Shown: positions 51,603-61,654 of the stretch, one piece after another
Layout of the letters: each line of letters starts with the position of its first letter
How positions within the stretch are numbered: position 1 is the first letter of the stretch
Source of the DNA: Candidatus Woesebacteria bacterium
GTDB taxonomy: Bacteria > Patescibacteriota > Microgenomatia > UBA8517
Assembly (NCBI GenBank): GCA_013374835.1
Contig: CP055307.1
Span: 749,304-813,303 of the forward strand
DNA length: 64,000 bases
Direction: 5' to 3'
The notes under the pieces: generated by a model
Told to the model about the DNA's origin: nothing
What the model saw: the letters and a program-made list of their open reading frames with translations, nothing else
Database searches by the model: none
Program-made: the position numbers and the translations under genes

Positions 51603-51765
51603 TTAAGATCTCAATAAAACTTGCGGATAATCATCTGACTCATTGTTTTTCTTAAAAACCACCTTTCCGTTGAATTCATAGTAGTTATTTTTAGCAAGAT
51701 CAGCAATTATCGCTATCCAATCAGTATCTTCTCTCACAGCAGCAGAATACAATCTGCCATGAACA
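51603..51765 (-). pseudogene. Orphan 3' gene fragment
   Basis: Open frame VHGRLYSAAVREDTDWIAIIADLAKNNYYEFNGKVVFKKNNESDDYPQVLLRS* with no evident ATG start or SD. Confidence 0.35.
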
Positions 51766-51778
51766 AATCAAACCTAAC

Positions 51779-53147
51779 TTAAGAATTATGATTGATCTTG
51801 TAATATCTTCTCTTGCCAACCCTTATAATTATTTCATCTCCTGTTATTTGACTATTTAGATCGTCCATTGTTAGCGGGGAATAATTGTCGCCCCTTAAAA
51901 TTCTGATGCCTCCTTTTTCGCTTGAGGTCAGCATTCTCCTTAAACTACTTTTTGATTCTCCCGTAGCCTCACTTAATACGTCAATTAATTTAGAACCAGA
52001 AGGGGCAGTAACTGTTTCTATATCCCCTGGAACTAGTTGTTTTTGTTTACCAAATTTTTGGTTAAATCTTCTCTCCGCCTCGCTTATAATACCTTTATCG
52101 TAATGATTAAATGTTCCGACTATAACTCTTGCTAACATTCTTTTTGCCTCCATTGGATGCACATCACCACTCTGAACTCTGGATTTTAATTCTTTCAACT
52201 CACTAGATGAGATTTCGGTTAATTCTCTAAACCATATCCACATTACCTCATCAGGTATTGACATAACTTTTCCATACATCTCACTCGGCTCTTCTTTAAT
52301 TGATATATAATTTCTTAGGCTTTTACTCATCTTTACAATCCTTCCTTCTGAATCAATCCCTCCGCTGGTACCAGCAAGTAAATTTGTAACAACAAAAATC
52401 TCACTCTTCAAACCTTCAAGCCTCATCATTTCTCTGCACCAATAAAGGTTTAAAAACTGATCTATCCCTCCCACTTCCACATCAGGCTTTAACACTACAG
52501 AATCATAAGCCATAAATAGAGCATACATTAATTCAGCCATACTTATTGAACCACCACCCTTTAATCTTCTCTGAAAATCCTCCCGCTGAAATACTTGACT
52601 GGCACTTATTCTTTGCAGAAGAGGTAGCCATTCTCGCATCGTCATTTTAGACAACCATTCTGAATTATAATAAGTTTCTACTCCAGGATTTCTTAAGTCC
52701 AAAATCAATCCTGCTTGTTCAAAATAGCTCTTCATATTTTCTTGAATCTGTTCTTCTGTTAAAATAGGTCGTGCCGTCATTCTTCCAGTAGGATCACCTA
52801 TTCTTGCTGTAAAATCACCTACAACAAATTGAATCTTACAACCCATTTGTTGAAAACGCCTAAGCATTAAAATCGGCACAGCATGGCCAAGATGCATTTC
52901 AGAACCAGTAGGATCGATTCCAAATTTAACAGTCAGTGGCTTTTTTTTCTTCCTTAGCTCGTTTTAGTATTTGCAACAATTCATTATTACTTGGTGTTGG
53001 AACTGGCGTTATAGCTTCTGGATGATCAGCTACTTTATCCACTACTATCCTAAACTGCTCTTCGGGAGGTATAGATGATAAGTCTCTATCTTTTACAAGC
53101 AATTTTGATTCTAATTGAAATAATAACTGGTTAGGTCTAGATTCCAT
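51779..53147 (-). pseudogene. tyrS: Second, divergent tyrosyl-tRNA synthetase split by a frameshift in an A8 run
   Basis: Removing one A at 52941-52948 joins the two ORFs as ...[24 protein letters not shown]; also GDFTARIGDPTGR, GGIDQ, KMSKS and an S4-like tail. Confidence 0.8.
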
Positions 53148-53401
53148 CTCTTCGTAATTTTAAGACAAAGGAAGCATGAAAAACAATTAACTATAGATGT
53201 AAATTAAACACAAGCCTCCTTTTTAGCTACTCTTGTGGAGCCTATAAAAAGGTTTAGAGGTTGTTTCAAAGCTCATCTCTGGTGGAATTGACCTAATAAT
53301 CCTTACATGCTCGTCACCCTTGGTATAATTCTCATCTTTCTAGGTTCTGGGGGTTTGAAGTTAAACTTAAATTCTAAAGTTGGGACTGCAAAGCATCTGT
53401 T

Positions 53402-53543
53402 CCGACCGATAGGTTCATGTCCCAACTTCTCGGTGGAAGTCAAAGACAGTTGTGGTAGTGGAATGTGACATAAGACTTCTACCTCACTCCTTTCTTTGAT
53501 AATGACTTTCTCTATTATATCGCGAATGAAGTTCTTTTTGTCA
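53402..53543. repeat. Direct repeat copy 2 (orphan ychF 5' end)
   Basis: Encodes the leader MSHSTTTTVFDFHREVGT* then MNLSVG, after which it diverges (TDALQSQL*). Confidence 0.95.
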
Positions 53544-53888
53544 CAAGTAGAAGGCTAAAGTAAGATTACTCCATGACTTCTTTTCTGATTTCTCGTATTG
53601 ATGTGCTTCTACAATACAAAATGTTTAGCTGCTTCTTTGTCATCTCCTAGAGCCAGATGAAAAGCTCCTATATTTGTGACTATCCGAAATTTGACTCTAT
53701 CGTCTGCCTTATTAATTATCAATATACAAACAGATAATGGGTCTTAATTCTTGGGAATGTTTGAAGAACATCTATCCAAGAAACACATTAAGCATTACTT
53801 AATTTACCCTAGGTGCCCGAAGAAATATTGCCGGGATGAGAATTTTCTGCTTCATTTTTCGGACAATATAATCTATATAATATAAATA

Positions 53889-54140
53889 ATGCATAGAATT
53901 GAAGAAGAACCTTCGAGACTAATAATTTTAGATACGATTGTTAGTAAAAAAACAGCCATTGATTTAATAAAGGCGGCAGAAGAAACCCACCTTGCCAGAG
54001 TAGAAATTCTAGCAAAACCCGGGGAGGAATACACCTCGTATAATGTAGCTCTTAAAGTTCCCAGTGGTCAAATGCTTATTCAAATCACTGCTCCAAACGG
54101 CGTTGCTTCCCAGAAACTTTGGAATGAGATAAATATATAG
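53889..54140 (+). CDS. Hypothetical protein
   Basis: ORF track; TATAAT just upstream. Confidence 0.55.
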   Translation: MHRIEEEPSRLIILDTIVSKKTAIDLIKAAEETHLARVEILAKPGEEYTSYNVALKVPSGQMLIQITAPNGVASQKLWNEINI

Positions 54141-54141
54141 A

Positions 54142-55536
54142 TTATTCTTTAATATAAAGATAATAGTCGCTTAACTGAGAATCAATTCTTTTAAGATTTA
54201 ATTTCGAATCGCGAGTAAGAAGAATAGATTTTTTAGGAAGAGCCTCGGGGTTTCCTTCATAAATATTTATCTCTTGGGTGAAATATATTGAGCGAAAAAA
54301 ATTTCTTACTGCACTTTCATCCCCTCCGGTAACAATTTCAGCTGTCTGATATGGGACAAAATCGTGTTTCAATAAATAATCCTTCATGGCAGAGTAAGTT
54401 TTTTCTATTTTTGTATCATAAAAGTGATTTTTGGTATCTTCTGCATATGAATACCAGTAGTAATTCATAAAAAGGCCAGCATTTACCGCTATAAGCGCCA
54501 AAAGCAGAAAAAGAGCTGCTTTTTGGTTTTTATAAAAACAATTAAAGCCGTAAGCAGAAATAACTGCATAAAAAGCAGACAAAGACGCAATTCTTCCTGC
54601 TCTATGGTACGAGCCTGTAAAACCAATTAATAAAGGTCCAGCAAAAAAGGCTAAAACCAACGCCTTAGCAAAGCCTCCCTTTTTCAAAGCAAATGATATG
54701 CCCCGCATAAAGGCTGGTAGCGAAGCCAGAAGAAAGACACCGTGCTTGCCTGTTGTGTGGTGAACAATGCTATCTCCATCTACAAAAAGAAAAGACGGAT
54801 CGAATGTCGAAAAATATGATCTAAAGAATGAGTAAATAGAAAAGGAGGGTTTCTGATTTCCTAAAATTGCTCCAGCGTATTTATATTCAAGATACGGCAT
54901 TATTAAAAAAAAAGGAGCAAGTGTACAAATAAAAGGGACTGTTTTCCTTTTTTTCTTTTGATTATAAAAAAGGTATATAAGTGAAATAACGGCAAAAATC
55001 GGGACAAAAACTCTCATTGCTTTGTATGAATAGAGAGCCACTCCAAGAAAAAATGCAGATAGTATGGGATTAGATTTTAAAAATATAAGCCATAACAAAA
55101 GCATGGGAATTGGAGTAAGAATATCAAGACCTAAATGCGAATGAATGTAAACGACCGGAGATGTTATAAAAATAAAGCTAGAAAAAAAGGCGGCTTTTGT
55201 GCCAAGAAGAGTATTTGTCAAATAAAAAATTAACATAGCGCTTAAGGAAGCGAGCACCGCGCTTGAAAGCTTAAGGTTTGTAATTGATACACCAAAAATT
55301 TTAAAAAAGGTAGCCATAAAATATGTCGGTACCGGCTCACGCCAATCCTTGTTGTTAATGGAGAGAATAAAAAAGGGCAGAATTCTTTCGTTTTCGTCTT
55401 TGGCTGTTTTTGAGAGAAGCGCTGCATTATAGCCAAAGGCTCCTTCATCTATTGTTAATCCTTGGGGAACTTTGTCGATACGATGGCTGAAAAACAAAAA
55501 AGAGAATAGAAAAACCGATAGATATAACTTTTTCAT
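54142..55536 (-). CDS. GT-C glycosyltransferase (ArnT/PMT-like)
   Basis: P-GL--DE---GYNA motif, multiple TMs, FLFVDGD. Confidence 0.85.
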   Translation of the reverse strand: MKKLYLSVFLFSFLFFSHRIDKVPQGLTIDEGAFGYNAALLSKTAKDENERILPFFILSINNKDWREPVPTYFMATFFKIFGVSITNLKLSSAVLASLSAMLIFYLTNTLLGTKAAFFSSFIFITSPVVYIHSHLGLDILTPIPMLLLWLIFLKSNPILSAFFLGVALYSYKAMRVFVPIFAVISLIYLFYNQKKKRKTVPFICTLAPFFLIMPYLEYKYAGAILGNQKPSFSIYSFFRSYFSTFDPSFLFVDGDSIVHHTTGKHGVFLLASLPAFMRGISFALKKGGFAKALVLAFFAGPLLIGFTGSYHRAGRIASLSAFYAVISAYGFNCFYKNQKAALFLLLALIAVNAGLFMNYYWYSYAEDTKNHFYDTKIEKTYSAMKDYLLKHDFVPYQTAEIVTGGDESAVRNFFRSIYFTQEINIYEGNPEALPKKSILLTRDSKLNLKRIDSQLSDYYLYIKE

Positions 55537-55574
55537 GAGGATATTATAGACTACTTTGAAGTATAATTTATTTT

Positions 55575-55900
55575 ATGGAAATTCTGGTTATAGCGGTAAA
55601 TTTCTTGAAAAACTTTTTGATGTGCTTATCGATAACGTAGTTAAATATTCTAAGAAAAAAGGTACTATTGGAATCAACTCTTCAAAAGGAAGAAATCACG
55701 CAATTATCAGGATAACCATTATGACCTAAGTATTTCTAAAAAATATTTGCCACACGTCTTTAACCTTTTTTTATTGAGCTGATAAAGCAAGGAGTAAGGT
55801 AAGGAGAACGGATCTGGGATTGGTCTATCTATCGCAAGACAAATCGTTGACCTACACGGTGGGCAGATTAGCGTTATCAGCAAATTTTCAGAAATACCTT
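55575..55900 (+). pseudogene. Degraded two-component remnant (HATPase_c domain)
   Basis: LIDNVVKYS (N box), LPHVF, GSGIGLSIARQIVDLHGGQISV (G2 box) spread over frames with stops. Confidence 0.8.
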
Positions 55901-55936
55901 TTAGTATCTTATCTAAGAAAGGAGGTGAAGCAGATA

Positions 55937-56380
55937 ATGAAAAATAAAACAAGATATCTGGTATTGGGTCTTTTATTGCTGGGCATGAGCGTTTATGGGA
56001 CAGGGAGAGTATTGGCTGAGGATGAGAGTACATATCCTCCTTTTGTCCAAACAATCGCTCAAAAGCTTGGTCTGGACGAATCTCAGGTTGAAGAGGCTTT
56101 CGATGAAATAAGAGCCGAGCACTTTGCAGAAATGCAGGAAGCCCGGGAAGAACGGCTGAGCGAAGCAGTGACTGACGGAATCATAACCGAGGAGCAAAAA
56201 AATGCTCTTATTGCCAAGTGGGAAGAAATGCATGCCGAGCATGCTGCCCAAAGGCAGGACCGTCAAACCGAAATGCAGCAGTGGTATGAAGAGATGGGTA
56301 TTGACCAAACCGCCTTACGCGAATACGTATCCGGACCTTGGGGAATGAAAGAAGGTATGGGTTTTGGTAAACACAGATAA
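55937..56380 (+). CDS. Secreted alpha-helical protein
   Basis: SD GAAAGGAGGTGA, ATG 55937, signal peptide ending VLA, AVTDGIITEEQ motif. Confidence 0.75.
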   Translation: MKNKTRYLVLGLLLLGMSVYGTGRVLAEDESTYPPFVQTIAQKLGLDESQVEEAFDEIRAEHFAEMQEAREERLSEAVTDGIITEEQKNALIAKWEEMHAEHAAQRQDRQTEMQQWYEEMGIDQTALREYVSGPWGMKEGMGFGKHR

Positions 56381-56396
56381 TCTTTCCCATTCGAAA

Positions 56397-56440
56397 ACGA
56401 TATACATCCCGAACAAAATCGGGGTGTATATCGTGTTTAA
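56397..56440 (+). terminator. Intrinsic terminator-like hairpin
   Basis: ACGATATACATCCCGA-6nt-TCGGGGTGTATATCGT followed by GTTT. Confidence 0.7.
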
Positions 56441-56443
56441 TTT

Positions 56444-57223
56444 ATGATAACTTTTATTTTTATGAAAAAAGAATTCGTAACTTTATTTTTGATTTTAAGC
56501 GTTTCTTTTGCCTTTAGACTACTTACTTATAGAGAAAATCAAAGCGGTGCTCCGCCTTATGGACTTAGTGAAGAAGATGTACCTAAATTCGGGAGTATTG
56601 AATGGTCGCGTGAATGGGTAAGACCTAATGTTCCCGCGAAAGTGGCTATCCAAGCCGGCCATTATATGAACGATGAACTGCCAAGCGAACTTGAAAGGCT
56701 TAGGGATAACGACGGATCAGCAGGTGGAGGAAAGCACGAATGGGAGGTGAATTTGGCAATTTCCGAAGAGATAAAATCAATTTTAAATGAAAACGGAATC
56801 GAGGCGGAAATCCTTCCTGCCACTATTCCTCCACGATACTGGGCTGATGTGTTTATTGCTATTCATGCTGACGGGAGCGAGAACACTTCAAAGCGGGGAT
56901 TTAAAATAGCCAAGCCTTGGCGAGATTTTAGCGGCAAAGCCGACAGATTGATTTCTTTTTTGCGCGATGAATATCAGGAAGAAACGGGGTTTTCCTGGGA
57001 TGATAATATAACACAAAATATGAGGGGTTATTACGCCTTTAGCTGGTGGAAGTTTGAGCACGCGATCCATCCAATGACTACAGCAGTAATTTTTGAAACT
57101 GGTTTTTTGACAAATTATTATGACAGACAAATTATTGTTAACCAGCCAGATATCGCCGCGCAAGCGATTGCCAAAGGAGTTATGAGATATCTTGAGAGTG
57201 AAGGGTTGGTTATATCAGATTAA
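56444..57223 (+). CDS. N-acetylmuramoyl-L-alanine amidase (Amidase_3)
   Basis: IQAGH, E-EVNL, FIAIHADG, VIFETGFLTN. Confidence 0.88.
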   Translation: MITFIFMKKEFVTLFLILSVSFAFRLLTYRENQSGAPPYGLSEEDVPKFGSIEWSREWVRPNVPAKVAIQAGHYMNDELPSELERLRDNDGSAGGGKHEWEVNLAISEEIKSILNENGIEAEILPATIPPRYWADVFIAIHADGSENTSKRGFKIAKPWRDFSGKADRLISFLRDEYQEETGFSWDDNITQNMRGYYAFSWWKFEHAIHPMTTAVIFETGFLTNYYDRQIIVNQPDIAAQAIAKGVMRYLESEGLVISD

Positions 57224-57229
57224 TTTAAT

Positions 57230-59562
57230 TTATGGCGCCACTTCTTTCCATCTAATTTTCTTTTTGTTTAAGGTTCTGGGGTAATTCCAGAGTATTTCAG
57301 GTGAATATGTGAAGGATTCTGCAGGGGTATTTACATTTCCCTCTCTAAGATCCCTTTAAGTGAAACACTCTGGGCGTATACAGATCCGTGTATTTTAAGA
57401 GGTGAATCAGGATTTGGGTAGGAAGAGGCTGTTTCAAATTCACCCTGGGTGTAGAAAACCCCCTCAAGAGCATATTCATTTGCTGGGCTTGTTACTGATG
57501 GGATTACTGTGGTATTTCCACCTACTATTGCCATAAAAAAGTCTTGGGAAGGATTTGCCAGAGTTATCCTTCCTGCTATTGTTAGATTCCCCTCTACCAT
57601 AAGGACTACCTTTCTTCCACCTGATATTGTTATGTTTCCGTTTATTGTTAAGTTTCCATTTCTTCTGTACCATTCGTATCCTTCAGCGTCTGATCTTGCT
57701 CCAGAGAGGTTTGAGATGGCTGAACTGCTTATGGAGGTTACTAAAATGCGGGTTGGAATCAATGTTTGGAAAAGACGGTAGGAATAGTCTGTTTTTATAT
57801 TTGAAATTGAATTTGCAAGCCAGAGGGTTTCTGAGACAATCCCCCTTGAATCTGCCTGTGCTGAGAAGTCTGCTCTTCTTCCTCCATAGATACCAACACC
57901 TGGTGTACCCCCAGAACCAGTTAGAATGAACACTGGGTTGCAAGCTGGGGGTGTACATGTTGGCGGTATGGGTGAGTCAAGATCCCCTGTGCCTGATATT
58001 ACATCTCCTTCTTTTGCTTGTATCCATGGGTCTGGGGCTTGTATGTTTAGGGTTGATGTATCCTGACAGCGGACTACTCCATACATAACCCCCTCCCCTA
58101 TTATTCTTGTGTTTCCTATTGAAAGGGCTGTTATGTCTGATCTAAAAGGCTGGGATGTATCAGGGGATGTAGCACTAGCTAAGGATGGGTTTTCAATTCT
58201 AAATCTTACTTCTGAGACAGTGCCGTTTGTTCCGTTTGCTATGGCTGCTATTTCCCTTTGTTCACCTATAACCATATTTAAAGGATCTGGAAGAAGGTTA
58301 AGAGTACAGCTTGGGGCTGAAACAGTAAAGGATGCTGTATCTGAGCAGGTTGGACTGCCATTAACATATACTGTTCCTGTTATTGTTACAGTTCCTGGGG
58401 AAATGGCGGTAATTCTGGTATTAAAAGGAAAGGAAAAATCAGGTGAAACCACATTTGCTATTGAGCTGTTGCTGGAGGAAAAAGAAACAAAAGAAACTGA
58501 TCCGTTTCTAACGCTTATTGAAGCATTTAAAGTAGCACTCTGACCGATATTTGTTGTCATAGATCTTGGATTAAGGGAGATGCTGCAGCTTGGAGGAGGT
58601 GGTGGTGTGGGACGAGGTGTGGGAACAGGTGGCACAGGTGTTGAGCCAGGGCGGGGTGTGGGTGTTGATGGTGCTGGTGTTGAGCCAGGGCGAGGAGTTG
58701 GGGTTCTGGGGGGAGTTGTTGGAGCAAATGTTGGTGTTACAGATGAATCTGTTATTGTAATTAATGCACTTGAATGGCAGCGCTCTACTCCATTTACCAA
58801 GCCTCTTGCATATATTCTTGTTTGTCCTGCTGATACTGGTCTGAAATACATATAATAGTAAGGCCCACTTGTTGAAGGATTTATTATTGGTCCACCCCAG
58901 GGAGCATTTCTAATCCTTACTACATTTGTATCATTAACTGTCCAGAGAACTTTAAAATCTGCTTCTGGAGGATTAAATTGAAGGTAGCAGTTATTAACCT
59001 TTATTCTACTGCAATCAGGGAGAATCCCTCTTCTGAAGTATGCTGTTGAGATGTCAAATGTTCCACTGTCAACTCTTCCCAAAAGACACCACTGGGGGGC
59101 TGAACCACCTCCACTGGGTGCACACCTTGCTGGATCCCATACACAATTTCCTTCCCAAAGGACACATTCTGAAGTGGGATGGCCACAGGTACTACAAGAA
59201 CCACAGCCACCACTTCCACCTGGAGCAGTGGTTGGAGTGGGAGTTGATGCTGGTGCTGGTGTAGCAGGATTGCTTATGGTGCAGGAACCAGTCCAGTAAT
59301 CACACCCACTTGTATTGGGCATGATTCCACAATCAGGATATACTCCACATCCTCTGTTTTGGGAGTTACAGTTTTTCCAAACTTTACTAACATTATCCCA
59401 AGTACATCCAAAATAACAGATAAATCCTGGCCCGGTACAGCTTTGGGCATTTATTTTTGGTGGTGAAATAGCGCGGACACCGATAAACCACGCAAAAAGT
59501 ATGAATATTAGAAGATAGTACTTTTTAATACAAAATTTATTATAAAGAAGTTTATCAAACAT
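57230..59562 (-). CDS. Large secreted surface protein (Cys-rich tip, Pro/Thr linkers, Ig-like repeats, beta-helix C-terminus) with a frameshift near 57355
   Basis: ORF 57331-59562; the -1 frame continues RDLREGNVNTPAESFTYSPE...WKEVAP* to the stop at 57230. Confidence 0.75.
58590..58740 (-). repeat. Pro/Thr-rich coding repeats
   Basis: TPTPRPGSTPAPSTPTPRPGSTPVPPVPTPRPTPPPPP. Confidence 0.85.
59264..59364. repeat. Anchor repeat in the Cys-rich tip (partner 61668-61768)
   Basis: 101 bp, 6 mismatches; encodes SQNRGCGVYPDCGIMPNTSGC..WTGSCTISNPA. Confidence 0.93.
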
Positions 59563-59604
59563 TAACTAACTATATATTACATTTGTATTAAATTTCAATC
59601 AAAA

Positions 59605-61560
59605 TTAATTTATTGCAACCAAGGAGTTCTCGTGAGCAATATCCACCTCGTAACCTAAGTAGACTGATGTATAATTTTCCCCAAGAATTTTATCAAAAAT
59701 GATTTCTACTTCATTTACAAATCCCCCTACAACCGGCTTAAGCTTTACGAAATTGCCTCCATATCCCAAATATGAAGCCATTAACCCCAGAATAATATTT
59801 TCTGATATGGTTGTATTAGCAATCGAAGAATCTTGGCTTCTTGGAGCCATATATAAAGTACGGGCAAGCACGAAGTTTGATTTTAAAAATTTCTCAATTT
59901 TATAACCATTTGCAGCATAATCTAAATAAACAACAGGAATAAAAACGTCAGCATTGTTATCTGTTGCTAATTGGATAAAAACACAAAAATCTTCGTTTTT
60001 CTTCGTGAATCGTGGATGTTCGGTAAAAGTCTCTACTATATTATCTATTATCCTTTTTTCATGATTAAATCTGGTTTTTGACAAGTCATCTAGACCCAAG
60101 TTAATTCTCTGATTTAATTGCGTAGGATTACCCTCTAAATATATTTTTCCCCCAAGCTCTGGAATAATAAGTGTATCAAGCGTTGTAACCCAACCGCTTT
60201 CAACATTTTGCCCCATCCCAGGCCTCCAAACAAATACTTTTCCATCCATGATCTTTACATATCCCCTTAGTTCATGGGAGTATTTTCCCTCTGCTTCATC
60301 TATTACTTCTTGGGGTGTGTATTCTGTTACAGTTTCTTTTGTTTGCCTGTATTCTTCTTCTGTTATTCCATATTCTTCATGGGGGTTTATTTCACTATCG
60401 TAATAGAATATTTCAGTTTTTTCTTTGAAATAGCTAAAATCATTAATATTTGGACCTAATGCTACTTTTTCTAACGGGACACCTTTTACCTGAAACAGAG
60501 AGTAAGCAACCCAAGCATTCTTTATTCCTTCTGGTGTGGGAGTTTCTACAAGGATCCATGTATAGCCTTCATTTGACACCTCTATCATTCCATCTTCGTT
60601 TATAACTGCCCCAAAAAGGTCTAAGTTGTCAGGGACTGCCTCAGGGTTGGGGATTATAACTTCTTCGTTTATCTGCCCCAAGATCTGAGAGGTGGTATTT
60701 GGCTCTTCCCTTAGATTTACATTTGCTCCTTGTGAGAAGGTTCTGAGTGTAAGAAAGTATGCAGCTTCCTTAGTAATTATTTGTGATATGTTTCCATCTT
60801 TGTCTACCTCCACAGGGATGAGTGATCCATTGGCTGGGAATTCAAAGGATCTGTTTTCATTTATGTATCCACATCTTGTCAGAGCTTTTAGTAGATCCTC
60901 CTTGAGTGTATCGTCTAATTTTGCAATGACTATTTTTGATCCTTCCTCCGCTGGATTAATCCAATGAAGGTCTCCTTCACTTCCATAAAATATTACTCCA
61001 CCACTTTTATATTCTACTTCATTCCAAGTAAAATCATTTTGTGCTTCAAGTACAACTGAAACTTTTTTGATTTCAGAATCTTTGTTTGTTTGGGTAAGAA
61101 GCTTTATGGACAGTTCTCCACCCCAGTTTTTTGCTTCTTCCTGCAAAAAAAGAACTCTTTCAAAACTTTGGGAAAGATCTGGATTGGTGATATTTTGAAG
61201 TTTTTCCATCTTTTCCGGATCAAGAGATACTGCCATCAGGGTGTCTGGAGCTTTCCTTGTTACTATCTCTGAGACAAGTCTTGATTCTTCATCCTCAAGG
61301 CTGATTGATGGTATTTCAGGAAGAAATTCTTTTTGAATTTGATTTTCTTTTGTTTCAAAGTCTGGAATAACTACATCACCCATTTGAGAAGCTCTAAACT
61401 CATCTACTGAACCTATGTTTTGTGTGTGGGAATTTAATGAATTTGGATATGACTTTTGGGGATTTTTTTGATATTTTTCAGAAATAGGTCCAAGTGTTGA
61501 AGAAGAAAAAAATACACCTGTAAAAAGAGCATCCACAGTCCCTTTAAACCTATCTTTCAT
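59605..61560 (-). CDS. SH3b-domain protein, paralog A
   Basis: VNLREEPNTTSQILGQI...GYTWILV...AWVA; shares a core with 62020-63942. Confidence 0.75.
   Translation of the reverse strand: MKDRFKGTVDALFTGVFFSSSTLGPISEKYQKNPQKSYPNSLNSHTQNIGSVDEFRASQMGDVVIPDFETKENQIQKEFLPEIPSISLEDEESRLVSEIVTRKAPDTLMAVSLDPEKMEKLQNITNPDLSQSFERVLFLQEEAKNWGGELSIKLLTQTNKDSEIKKVSVVLEAQNDFTWNEVEYKSGGVIFYGSEGDLHWINPAEEGSKIVIAKLDDTLKEDLLKALTRCGYINENRSFEFPANGSLIPVEVDKDGNISQIITKEAAYFLTLRTFSQGANVNLREEPNTTSQILGQINEEVIIPNPEAVPDNLDLFGAVINEDGMIEVSNEGYTWILVETPTPEGIKNAWVAYSLFQVKGVPLEKVALGPNINDFSYFKEKTEIFYYDSEINPHEEYGITEEEYRQTKETVTEYTPQEVIDEAEGKYSHELRGYVKIMDGKVFVWRPGMGQNVESGWVTTLDTLIIPELGGKIYLEGNPTQLNQRINLGLDDLSKTRFNHEKRIIDNIVETFTEHPRFTKKNEDFCVFIQLATDNNADVFIPVVYLDYAANGYKIEKFLKSNFVLARTLYMAPRSQDSSIANTTISENIILGLMASYLGYGGNFVKLKPVVGGFVNEVEIIFDKILGENYTSVYLGYEVDIAHENSLVAIN
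60253..60373. repeat. Anchor repeat inside the SH3b paralogs (partner 62692-62812)
   Basis: 121 bp, 4 mismatches; encodes YGITEEEYRQTKETVTEYTPQEVIDEAEGxYSHELRGYVK. Confidence 0.93.
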
Positions 61561-61649
61561 ATTATCCTATAATACCATAAATGGGTAGGATTTCCAGTAT
61601 GAACATTCTTAACCGAAGCTCTACTTGGCCTTAATTCAAAACCCACTTT
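61558..61649. repeat. Promoter/junction anchor (partner 63940-64000)
   Basis: TTATCCTATAATACCATAAATG...CCAGTAT...AAACCCACTTT in both copies. Confidence 0.85.
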
Positions 61650-61654
61650 AATTA

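Larger units (their letters stand above)
49781..53401. mobile_element. Genomic islet between direct repeats, no integrase
   Basis: Bounded by the 142-bp repeat; mixed cargo with gene fragments. Confidence 0.65.

Noticed and set aside
51779-52897. Cyclodipeptide synthase
   Set aside because: It retains HIGH and KMSKS motifs and the C-terminal domains that CDPSs lack.
52935-52950. Classical -1 ribosomal frameshift at the A-run in tyrS
   Set aside because: The -1 frame hits TGA at once (AGC CAC TGA); restoring TyrRS needs +1 (or -2).
53160-53880. Intact genes flanking repeat copy 2
   Set aside because: Only short interrupted frames; probably decayed fragments that I cannot assign.
55719-56054. 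Minus-strand ORF and the extended N-terminus of ORF 55820-56380
   Set aside because: Shadows of the histidine-kinase pseudogene; the real start is ATG 55937 with a strong SD.
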